From: Alphaproteobacteria bacterium
GTDB lineage: Bacteria > Pseudomonadota > Alphaproteobacteria > JACZXZ01
DNA: 64,000 nucleotides
Assembly: GCA_052143835.1 (NCBI GenBank)
Contig: JBKQRV010000145.1
Coordinates: 1,960 to 65,959 of the forward strand
Reading direction: 5' to 3'
Below the pieces are notes generated by a model. It did no database searches and had not been told where the DNA came from. It saw nothing but the letters and a program-made list of their open reading frames with translations. Both the position numbers and the translations under genes were made by a program. This document shows positions 39,214 to 47,218 of this stretch, piece after piece. Position 1 is the stretch's first letter; each line of letters opens with the position of its first letter.

Positions 39214-39625
39214 AGCATGCCCGATTGTGTGCATTCTTTGGCAGTTTGGCATTATATTGAGTTGTTTGGTATACAATTTCGCCACTAATAACTGACCTCC
39301 GGCATCAATGCAAGGGGAATCTTGCCGAGACTTGCCCTAAGAGATCCTGCGCCTAATTCAGCAGGCCGTTGACGGTTTGGACTTCGCGGCGTCGGGCAGT
39401 GGTTCGGGACCGCCGAAGAGGCCCTTTGCCGCCTTGGCCGGATGGGTGTAGCAAGCATTTCGAGCTTGATCCTGGTTCCCAGCTCGACGGGCGTGACGAA
39501 GGCAATGGCATTGCAAGATTCCCCTTGCATCGCTGCCGGACGTCGGTTATTAATTGCCGGATTGTATACCAAAAAAGGTAATATAATGCCAACTGTCGAC
39601 AAATTGCACACAAACTTGGCATCCT
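39214..39625. repeat. ~112-bp imperfect inverted duplication of a promoter/operator region
   Basis: 39214-39325 aligns to the reverse complement of 39513-39625. Shared blocks include ATGCAAGGGGAATCTTGC, TTTGGTATACAAT, TTGGCATTATATT and TTGTGTGCA. Confidence 0.9.
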
Positions 39626-39684
39626 GCCTCTGGCGCAATGGCAACGAGGGGCAGCGGAGCAAATACCGGCCGGCGCGCTCCGAT

Positions 39685-39756
39685 GACATGGCGATCGGCG
39701 CCGGCACTATCGAAGTGCGCAAGATGATCATCGCCGCGGAACTGTTGCGGTCGTGA
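39685..39756 (+). pseudogene. Acyl-CoA dehydrogenase C-terminal stump
   Basis: MAIGAGTIEVRKMIIAAELLRS* resembles the ACAD C-terminus (IGAGT.EIR..IIA); the stop overlaps the SDR start (GTGA). Confidence 0.7.
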
Positions 39757-40598
39757 GCGCGTCGGATTCCAGAGCGGAGTCTTATGCGACGCGGCCAACG
39801 GTCTACCGCGCCGATCTCTTCGTCGGCCAGACCGTGCTCGTCAGCGGCGGCGGCAGCGGGATCGGGAAGGCGACCGGGTTCCTCTTCGGTCGGCTCGGCG
39901 CGCGCGTCGTGATTTGCGGGCGCAAGGCGGAGAGGATCGCATCGGCGGCGGCATCGATGCGCGAGGCCGGCATCACGGTTGAGGCGATTCCCTGCAATAT
40001 CCGCTCAACGGAGGAGGTCGCGTCGCTCATGGAGCGGGTCGGCACCCTCGACGTCCTCGTCAACAATGCCGGCGGTCAATTCCCGCAGCCGGCAATCGAC
40101 TTTTCGCCGAAGGGATGGAACGCGGTCATCGACACCAACCTCAACGGCACCTGGTACATGATGCAGGCGGCGGCGCAACGCTGGCGCACAGCGATGCGGG
40201 GCGGGACGATCGTCAATATTGTGGCCATGGTCGAACGCGGCATGCCGGGCGTCGCCCATACCTGCGCAGCGAGAGCGGGCGTCATTCATCTCACCCGCAC
40301 TGTCGCCGTCGAGTGGGCGCCGCTCGGCATCCGCGTCAATTGTGTCGCCCCAGGTGCCATTGAGACAGAGGGCATGGCGGGCTACTCGCCGGAAGTCCGC
40401 GCGGCCTTTCCTCGCGCCAACCCGATGCTGCGCATGGGTGAACCCTGGGATATTGCAGAAGCGTGCGCGTATCTCGCCGGCCCCTCGGGCCAGTTCGTGA
40501 CCGGCGAGACCCTGACCGTCGACGGCGGCGGTCGCCTCTGGGGCGAGCTGTGGCAAGCCGGAAAGCCAGCCTACTTCGAATTTTCTCCGTCATCATAG
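39753..40598 (+). CDS. SDR, trans-2-enoyl/2,4-dienoyl-CoA reductase-like
   Basis: Motifs SGGGSGIG, NNAGGQF and AHTCAARAG (His/Arg in place of YxxxK). Confidence 0.88.
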   Translation: MSASDSRAESYATRPTVYRADLFVGQTVLVSGGGSGIGKATGFLFGRLGARVVICGRKAERIASAAASMREAGITVEAIPCNIRSTEEVASLMERVGTLDVLVNNAGGQFPQPAIDFSPKGWNAVIDTNLNGTWYMMQAAAQRWRTAMRGGTIVNIVAMVERGMPGVAHTCAARAGVIHLTRTVAVEWAPLGIRVNCVAPGAIETEGMAGYSPEVRAAFPRANPMLRMGEPWDIAEACAYLAGPSGQFVTGETLTVDGGGRLWGELWQAGKPAYFEFSPSS

Positions 40599-40657
40599 GA
40601 TGAAGACGGATTCACGGTCTTCCAGCGCGTGGTTTCAGGCTTCAGAAACAAACGTCA

Positions 40658-40790
40658 GCGGCGCTTGCCCTCGGCACCGCGACTGCCGCAATGCCCCTGC
40701 TGCCGGCTGGGTTTGCCGCGGCACAGGACAAGCCGATCAAGGTCGGGATAACCACTGAGCTCACCGGTCTGATAGCAGCCTGGGCGCGGT
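40658..40790 (+). pseudogene. N-terminal remnant of an ABC substrate-binding protein
   Basis: Hand translation AALALGTATAAMPLLPAGFAAAQDKPIKVGITTELTG, i.e. a signal peptide plus the first strand of a Leu-binding protein. Confidence 0.6.
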
Positions 40791-40837
40791 GCGGTGCTCG
40801 TGACGTTATTTAATTTCCAGCGAGCCCTACCTCCCGC

Positions 40838-41275
40838 TCACGCCGTCACCCACTTCGTCACGTGGCTGCCGGTAAGACAAGTCTCGCCCGCCTGGTTCAA
40901 GACCTCGACCCTGGCGCGCGTGCGTCCGGCCTCCTCGTCGATCGCCTCGATCGTATAGCGCGCGGTCAAGGTGTCATTGATGAAGACCGGCTTGACGAAG
41001 CGGATCTTGTCGTAGCCGAGGGAGACGGCTACCGCCTTGTTGCCGCGCTCGATCGAGCGGCGCGACATCATCGAGGCGGCGGTCGAGAGCAGGCCCATGA
41101 CAAGTCCTCCATGGGCGATGCGTCGGCCGAAGGTGGTCGTCTTGGCGAACGCCTCATTCACGTGAATGGGGTCAAAGTCGCCTGTGATGCCGGCGAAGAG
41201 CATGATGTCGCTCTCGCCGATCGTCTTCGAAAAGGTGCAAGCCTCGCCGACCTTGAGATGCATGTCGATCGCCAT
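40838..41275 (-). CDS. MaoC-family (R)-hydratase
   Basis: FAGITGDFDPIHVN...FGRRIAHG and FVKPVFINDT. Confidence 0.92.
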   Translation of the reverse strand: MAIDMHLKVGEACTFSKTIGESDIMLFAGITGDFDPIHVNEAFAKTTTFGRRIAHGGLVMGLLSTAASMMSRRSIERGNKAVAVSLGYDKIRFVKPVFINDTLTARYTIEAIDEEAGRTRARVEVLNQAGETCLTGSHVTKWVTA

Positions 41276-41303
41276 GTCAGCCTCCCGTTGTCCCTACCAA
41301 GAA

Positions 41304-41691
41304 TTAGTGCCAGGCGTATTGATGGTGCAAGCCTCCGAGGATCGAAATTGAGATGATCCGGCCAAGGCGCCGATTCGGTCGATGGATTGGGGCATCTTTG
41401 TTCAGCGACAGGTGAGCCCGGACCTCGTTGTAATAGGAACAGACGTAGGCTTTGAGGATGCCGGCTGAGGCGAGCGTGCCAGTGAAGGCGGCGCCGGTGG
41501 ACTGGCTGCCCTGATCCGGGTTGAAGATCTCCGGCCGCCCGAAGTGCGCCAGCGCCTCTAACGCGACCTTCGCCATCAGCGCCATATCCAACTTGCTTCT
41601 CGTTCGCTGCGTCACGGTCCGCTCTGCCTAGCACGACGGATCGGCTCGCGCTCCAATTAATCCACCGGTCCCAAATCCGGGGTCCACTTCA
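41304..41691. mobile_element. Fused transposase remnants (IS3-family rve fragment + integrase-core C-terminus) and an IS3-like terminal IR
   Basis: Minus strand: FGRPEIFNPDQGSQSTGAAFTG joined to YYNEVRAHLSLNKDAP...ILGGLHHQY. CGGTCCCAAATCCGGGGTCCACTTCA at 41666-41691 resembles an IS3 end. Confidence 0.75.
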
Positions 41692-41715
41692 CTTCTACAT
41701 GCCGTTAAAATTCGA

Positions 41716-41751
41716 CGACTCAGTATGAAAACCTACTTTTCTACTGAATTG
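41716..41751. repeat. 36-bp inverted-repeat site, copy 3
   Basis: CGACTCAGTATGAAA-ACCTAC-TTTTCTACTGAATTG; the left arm is identical to copy 1. Confidence 0.8.
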
Positions 41752-41956
41752 GCTTTTCGGGCCCGTCGCGGGCGCAGAAGACTCAACCGAAGGCCAATAC
41801 GTCCCCGTTATGTTCCGCGCCCTTTGGAAAAACATTGCCCATTTCCGGAATAGTATTTCCGAACCTGCGAGCCTTGGTAGCGTCGGGACTAGGGTCGGTC
41901 CCGGTCGTAAGCTTGGCAGGCAGCCAATGGCCAGTCACTGCTAGCGAAGCTGACCG

Positions 41957-42030
41957 AGGTCTGCTTACTGGGCAGGATCGGACTTCTCCCAGGCATGCCG
42001 CCGCGGTCGAGTTTGACCCAGAGCAGACCT
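41957..42030. repeat. 74-bp imperfect hairpin element
   Basis: Perfect outer stem AGGTCTGCT...AGCAGACCT, with inner CTGGG/CCCAG pairing. Confidence 0.55.
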
Positions 42031-42149
42031 TCGAGACGCGCAGCAAGACTAGGGAAACGACGCGGAGCGAACGATCGCTTGGGTCGCCGTTATGTCGCTG
42101 GCTCATCCCCTCGACGCCCATAGGAAGATTAGCGTGGCGCCAATGCCGA

Positions 42150-42455
42150 GCACTGATCGCGCGGTATGAAGACGCCCCCAGGTCTCGGTCAGCGCGCGGC
42201 TTGGCGGGACGACTAACCGAACTTAGGAGCGAGCGCGATGCCTTTCTTCCCCGCGTCCGTTCCCAACCGCAATGCCAATTGTCGCCCGCGTCTGCGTGGC
42301 GCTTGTTCCAGACGGCCGACGGCCGTCCCCGGGGCTATCCGTGCGGGGCAATCTCCGGCTCGGCTCCCTCTTCGATCAAAAGGCGAAGGACGGCGAGCTG
42401 CCGTCGAGTTCATCTTCTCGCTCCTTCGGCTGCTCGCCGAGTGGCTCAACCTGGC
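42150..42455 (+). pseudogene. Degraded LivF-like ABC ATPase remnant
   Basis: VALVPDGRRPSPGLSVRGNLRLGS (cf. LVPEGRRLF..LSV.ENL.LG), then a frameshifted AVEFIFSLL.LLAE. Ends are approximate. Confidence 0.55.
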
Positions 42456-42685
42456 GTGGGACGAGCGAGAGCGACGCATCGTCGAGATAGGTGCACTTGC
42501 GGGTCACGGGGAAGTATTCACATACCGATGCGACATTCACCTCTTCGTCCCTTTGTTGCGGTGGGCCGCTTGCGAAGCGTACTGACGATTGTCAATGTAC
42601 GTGCTATTTTGCCGTGGCCCGAACCGATGCTCCTGCGTCGGGAAAGGCGCGCCTACAAACGATCTGGCCGTCATGGAGAGGGAAT

Positions 42686-44257
42686 ATGAGGAACCGTAGC
42701 CGAGGGAGCGAGCCCTCGCGTCGTACAATTCTCAAGGCAATGGGGACTGCCGCAGTTGTCGGGGCGGTGCAGCCGTGGATTTTGCAGGAAGCCGGCGCCG
42801 CCCGCGAAGTGATCCGTGCCGCCATCACTGGGTTCGACGTCCTCAACACGCTCGACCCGGGAAAGGCGTCTCTGATCCAGGAATATTTTATCATCTGGAG
42901 CATGTTCAACGGGCTTCTCAAGTTCGCACCGAATATGGAGATCATTCCTGACCTCGCAGCTGAGTATAAGGCGATCGACTCCCGAACTTTTGAATTCAGA
43001 TTGCGACCGGACGTTAAATTTCACGATGGCAGCGAACTGAGCGCCGACGACGTGAAATTCACATTCGATCGCCTGCTCGACGAACGATTCGCCTCTCCAT
43101 ATCGAACCAAATTGGCTGTCATCGATGCCGTGACAGTGCTCGATCCTCTCACAGTCCGTATTGCGACCAAGGAGCCCTATGCACCAATCCTCACCTTGCT
43201 CTGCAACTTTCGGACCGGTACGCAGATCGTCTCCCGCAAGTCCGTCGAGGCGATGACGCCTGAGGCATTCGGCCGAAAGCCGATCGGAACCGGTGCCTAC
43301 ATGCTCAAGGATTGGATACCCGGTGAGCGAGTCGTCCTCGCCGCCCACCCGCATTACTTCATGCCCGGCCTTCCCAGGACGCCGACGATCGAAGTGCCCC
43401 TCATTGCCGAGGAATCGAGCGGCGAGACGGCGATCCTGGGCGGACAAATCGAGCTCACGAGCGGAGCGCCCTTTGCCGATGTGCCGAATCTAGAGAAGCG
43501 CACCGAGATCATCGTGCTCAAGCAGCCTGGGCTCAACAACCGCTACATTGCGCTCAACAACCGCAAGGCACCCTTCGATGACGTGCACTTTCGACGGGCC
43601 CTCTCGATGGCGTTCGACCGCGATGTCATGGTCAAAGCCGTACTCTTTGGCGAAGGTGCGGCAGCGCAGGGGCTCATTCCCCCGACGCTCGCCTTTGCTT
43701 ACGATTCGAGGCGCCGCGATCTTGCCACTTTCGACGCCGAACGCGCGCGGGCGGAGCTCTCGAGGTCACAGCATGGCGCAGGAACGGGGGCGACGGTCCT
43801 GACCTGGGGATCGAGCTGGTGGAAGCGGGTGGTGGAGATCTTTGTCGCGCAAGTGAACGAGACGCTCGGGACTCACCTCAGCGTGGAAGTCAGTGAATCG
43901 AACACGGTTTATGCGCGATTGCGGTCGGGAGACTACCAGGCCGCGGTCTGGGGCTGGCTTGGGGTCGTCGATCCCGATGATCTCTATGATATTCTGCACA
44001 GCAAAGGCTGGCGCAACTTCCAGGGCTACGCAAACCCCAAGCTTGATGCCGCGCTGGCGGAGGCGCGCGCCGAGCTCGACCGCAGCAAGCGGGGCGAGAT
44101 GTATAAAGTGATCGAGGCGGCAATGATTGAAGACATGCCGCTCATTCCCTGCTTCTTCTCGAACATTCAAAATCTTCTTAGGCGGGGCGTGCAAGGCTTT
44201 ACCCAGCTGCCCTATTCCAACTTTGGCGATCAGTTTGCAACGCTCACTGCGCCGTGA
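42686..44257 (+). CDS. Family 5 ABC substrate-binding protein (orphan, Tat signal)
   Basis: Motifs SRRTILK, PDLA...FRLRPDVKFHDG..LSADDVKFTFDR and PIGTGAY. Confidence 0.92.
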   Translation: MRNRSRGSEPSRRTILKAMGTAAVVGAVQPWILQEAGAAREVIRAAITGFDVLNTLDPGKASLIQEYFIIWSMFNGLLKFAPNMEIIPDLAAEYKAIDSRTFEFRLRPDVKFHDGSELSADDVKFTFDRLLDERFASPYRTKLAVIDAVTVLDPLTVRIATKEPYAPILTLLCNFRTGTQIVSRKSVEAMTPEAFGRKPIGTGAYMLKDWIPGERVVLAAHPHYFMPGLPRTPTIEVPLIAEESSGETAILGGQIELTSGAPFADVPNLEKRTEIIVLKQPGLNNRYIALNNRKAPFDDVHFRRALSMAFDRDVMVKAVLFGEGAAAQGLIPPTLAFAYDSRRRDLATFDAERARAELSRSQHGAGTGATVLTWGSSWWKRVVEIFVAQVNETLGTHLSVEVSESNTVYARLRSGDYQAAVWGWLGVVDPDDLYDILHSKGWRNFQGYANPKLDAALAEARAELDRSKRGEMYKVIEAAMIEDMPLIPCFFSNIQNLLRRGVQGFTQLPYSNFGDQFATLTAP

Positions 44258-44283
44258 ATCCGGTTTTCCGACCACACGACTAA

Positions 44284-44319
44284 GGGTTGAGTGTGAAATT
44301 GGCCTTTTGCACTGGGTTG
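44284..44319. repeat. 36-bp inverted-repeat site, degenerate copy 4
   Basis: GGGTTGAGTGTGAAA-TTGGCC-TTTTGCACTGGGTTG; the right arm is 13/15 identical to copy 1. Confidence 0.55.
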
Positions 44320-44374
44320 CTCGTATTCCGCCTTTCGCCGATCGGGAAATTTACTCCAAGCCTTAACCGATACC

Positions 44375-44570
44375 CTGGCCAACAACCTGCGCACTCTCGC
44401 CCTGCCGAATGCCGGCTCCCACTGGTAGCCAAACAGCCTGCAGGAGAACCTCGGTAAGATCGGCGCCACGCTCATTACGCATGCCCGGTATGTCATCTGC
44501 CAGATCGCCGAGCTCTTGGCGCGGAGGCACACATGTTCGTCGACATTCTGCGACTCATAGCCCGACTGTG
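44375..44570 (+). mobile_element. IS1380-family transposase remnant
   Basis: Hand translation LANNLRTLALPNAGSHW*PNSLQENLGKIGATLITHARYVICQIAE is a degraded IS1380 C-terminus. Confidence 0.78.
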
Positions 44571-44856
44571 GGTGCCGCCCAAACCGGCCTGAAGGGGGCG
44601 AGCATGACGCGCGACAGAAGCGACGGGAGTAATGCGCCTCGACAACTGGAAAGCCATGCTCCGGAGGTCGGATGATCCCTAAATTCGCTACTTCTCGTGG
44701 CCTTACGGCAGTCAGCGTTCTCGGACTCCCTTGTCCGTAAGGCCGAATTGGAGCAACATTCCACCGACTCCTCGGTCATCCGAGGAATGTCCGTTCAATT
44801 CCAAACCGGGCCGGCCCTCAAGCGACGTCGTAATGCCGGAAGGACGGAGTTTCAGC

Positions 44857-46035
44857 ATGCGGTCAGCAAAATCCAATAAGATCGAGCAGGCAGAAATTTA
44901 TGTCGCGCCCACCGGGAACCGTCGAGCGGTGCTGGTTGAGATTACCGCGGACAGCGGAGTCACGGGCATCGGCGAGGCGGGCGTCGCCTATGGCGTGGGT
45001 TCTCATGCCGCGGCCGAGATGTTGCGAGGCATGATCGAGCGCCATGTGCTGGGTCGCAACCCAGCGCAGATCGGGACGATCTGGAACGATATCTATGACC
45101 TGTCCTTCTGGACCCGCAACGGCGCGACGGTCAGCTATGCCGCGCTCAGCGCAATCGAACAGGCGCTTTGGGATATTAAGGGCAAGGTGCTGGGTACGCC
45201 AGTCTCCGATTTGATGGGTGGGCAAATGTGGGAGCGTCTTCCGGTTTATGCCAATGGCTGGTGGACGGGCTGTGACACGCCCGACGAATTTGCCCGCGCT
45301 GGCGTGGCAACGGTCGCGCGCGGCTTTTCGGGACTGAAGTTCTATCCGTTGGGGCTTGCCGATCCGGTGACCGTGATCCGGCATCCCACCCGGCGGCGGC
45401 TCGAGGCGAGTCTGATCCCGATGATTTGCGACCGAGTCGTCGCCCTGCGGGAGGCGGTCGGGCCGGATGTGGAGATCATGCTGGATTTCGGCGGTGGCCT
45501 GACCACGGACCAGGTGCTGCGCATCTGTCGCAGGATCGCCCATCTCGACGTGTTGTTTATAGAGGAACCGGTCGATCCATCCTGCCTGGAAGCGCTGGCC
45601 AAAGTTGCCTCCAGCACCTCCATCTCGCTGGCGGCGGGCGAGCGGTGCTACGGGCGGCCAGGTTTTCATCGGCTGTTGCAGAGCGGGGCGGTGGATATCA
45701 TCCAGCCCGATGTATGCAACACCGGCGGACTGATGGAGGCGCGCACCATCGCCGCGATGGCCGAGGTCTACAATGCCCGCGTCGCTCCACATAATTATGG
45801 CAGCACGCTGGCCACTGCTGTCACCGCCCAACTGGCTGCCTGCATCCCGAACTTCATGGTGCTGGAATTTTTTCCTGACTACAACAAAGAACCCGGCTAT
45901 CTGGAGGTGCTGGACCAACCGCTCGAGCCTCAGGTGCGTGATGGATATATGCCGGTGCCGACCGCGCCGGGGTTAGCTGTCACATTGAACCATGCGGCCC
46001 TGGCGCCGCATCTCCATGCACGCTGCCGGCTCTGA
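44857..46035 (+). CDS. Enolase superfamily dehydratase (mandelate racemase/galactonate dehydratase-like)
   Basis: Motifs GIGEA, SAIEQALWDIKGK, metal ligands MLD/IEEP/AGER, IIQPD and APHN. Confidence 0.9.
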   Translation: MRSAKSNKIEQAEIYVAPTGNRRAVLVEITADSGVTGIGEAGVAYGVGSHAAAEMLRGMIERHVLGRNPAQIGTIWNDIYDLSFWTRNGATVSYAALSAIEQALWDIKGKVLGTPVSDLMGGQMWERLPVYANGWWTGCDTPDEFARAGVATVARGFSGLKFYPLGLADPVTVIRHPTRRRLEASLIPMICDRVVALREAVGPDVEIMLDFGGGLTTDQVLRICRRIAHLDVLFIEEPVDPSCLEALAKVASSTSISLAAGERCYGRPGFHRLLQSGAVDIIQPDVCNTGGLMEARTIAAMAEVYNARVAPHNYGSTLATAVTAQLAACIPNFMVLEFFPDYNKEPGYLEVLDQPLEPQVRDGYMPVPTAPGLAVTLNHAALAPHLHARCRL

Positions 46036-46062
46036 CGCCAACCTCCGTCTGGATTCAGGGAA

Positions 46063-47046
46063 ATGACTATCATGCAGATGATCGATGCTGCCCGTGTCCA
46101 CGAGTTTCTTGCCTATAACGGTCTGATTGAGGCGATCCGCCAGGCCCATCTGGGCGGCATGCCTCGGATGACGGACCGGCTAATCTACCAGCAGCCGCAC
46201 CCGGACGGCCAGCCCGACATTTTCATTATTCTGCCAGCCTGGCAGCCGCAAGAGGGTTTACTGGCGAAACTGGTCACCTCGTTCCCGCGCAATAAACAAC
46301 TCCAAGGCATTTCAACTGTTAATTCGATCTATGTCTTCATCAATGGCGGGACCGGGGTGACCGAAGCGATCATCGACGGTGAGGCTATGATCTTTCGTAA
46401 AACCTCGGCTGATTCCGCGCTGGGCGCCAGCCTTCTGGCCCGCACGGATACGAAGATCCTGCTGATGATTGGGGCTGGCCGGCTGGCGCCCTATATGGTG
46501 CGCGCCCATTGCAGCGTGCGCCCTTCAATCAAGAACGTGCTCGTCTGGAACCGTACTTCCGTCAATGCCGCCCGTCTCGTGGCAACGCTACATGCCGAGG
46601 GCATCCACGCGACTGCCGTTAACGATCTCGACGATGCACTTGGCCGGGCTGACATCATCTCCAGTGCTACGATGGCGATCGAGCCGCTTGTGAAGGGTAA
46701 GCTGTTGCGACCTGGAGTCCATGTGGATTTGGTTGGGTCCTTCACGCCCGAGATGCGGGAATCGGATGACGACGTGCTGCTGCGTGCGGACGTCTTTGTC
46801 GATCACCGCCAGACCACAGAACGCTCGGGCGAATTCCTTGGCCCTTTCGCCCGCGGGGTGATCACGCCTGCCGACATCAAAGGTGATCTTTTCGAACTTT
46901 GCCAGGCAAGGGTCACCGGTCGAACCTCGCCTGAGCAGATCACCGTAATGAAGAACGGCGGAGGAAGCCACATTGATTACTTCGTCGCCAAGTATCTTAT
47001 GGACCGACTGAACGGCCGACCTTTCGACACGAGTTGCGCGAGTTGA
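46063..47046 (+). CDS. Ornithine cyclodeaminase/mu-crystallin family (probable imine reductase)
   Basis: Motifs AKLVTSFPRN, RKTSADSALGA, GAGRLA, HVDLVGSFTPEMRESD and GRTSPEQIT. Confidence 0.9.
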   Translation: MTIMQMIDAARVHEFLAYNGLIEAIRQAHLGGMPRMTDRLIYQQPHPDGQPDIFIILPAWQPQEGLLAKLVTSFPRNKQLQGISTVNSIYVFINGGTGVTEAIIDGEAMIFRKTSADSALGASLLARTDTKILLMIGAGRLAPYMVRAHCSVRPSIKNVLVWNRTSVNAARLVATLHAEGIHATAVNDLDDALGRADIISSATMAIEPLVKGKLLRPGVHVDLVGSFTPEMRESDDDVLLRADVFVDHRQTTERSGEFLGPFARGVITPADIKGDLFELCQARVTGRTSPEQITVMKNGGGSHIDYFVAKYLMDRLNGRPFDTSCAS

Positions 47047-47218
47047 GCGGACTTGCCCCCATAGCTCAGCCCGCCCGGCACGAGGAAGCGCTCGCGAGGC
47101 ACCTTGCCTCCGGTCAAGCGGCTGAGCGCCGGCTATTTTGCCCAGAACCCATAAGAGATCGACTTCCTTAAACCTATAGATGCCTCGGGCTAGATCAGCA
47201 GTTCGGCCCCGGGCACAC

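Noticed and set aside
39246-39262. Sigma-54 promoter (TGGCATTATATTGA)
   Set aside because: The -12 TTGC element and spacing do not fit, and no enhancer-binding protein is nearby.
4812-44319. 36-bp repeats as a CRISPR array
   Set aside because: The length is repeat-like, but copies are 2.5-20 kb apart with no regular spacers and no cas genes.
47130-47180. Fifth recombination-like site (CCCATAAGAGATCGACTTCCTTAA)
   Set aside because: It does not match the 15-6-15 consensus and has poor dyad symmetry.
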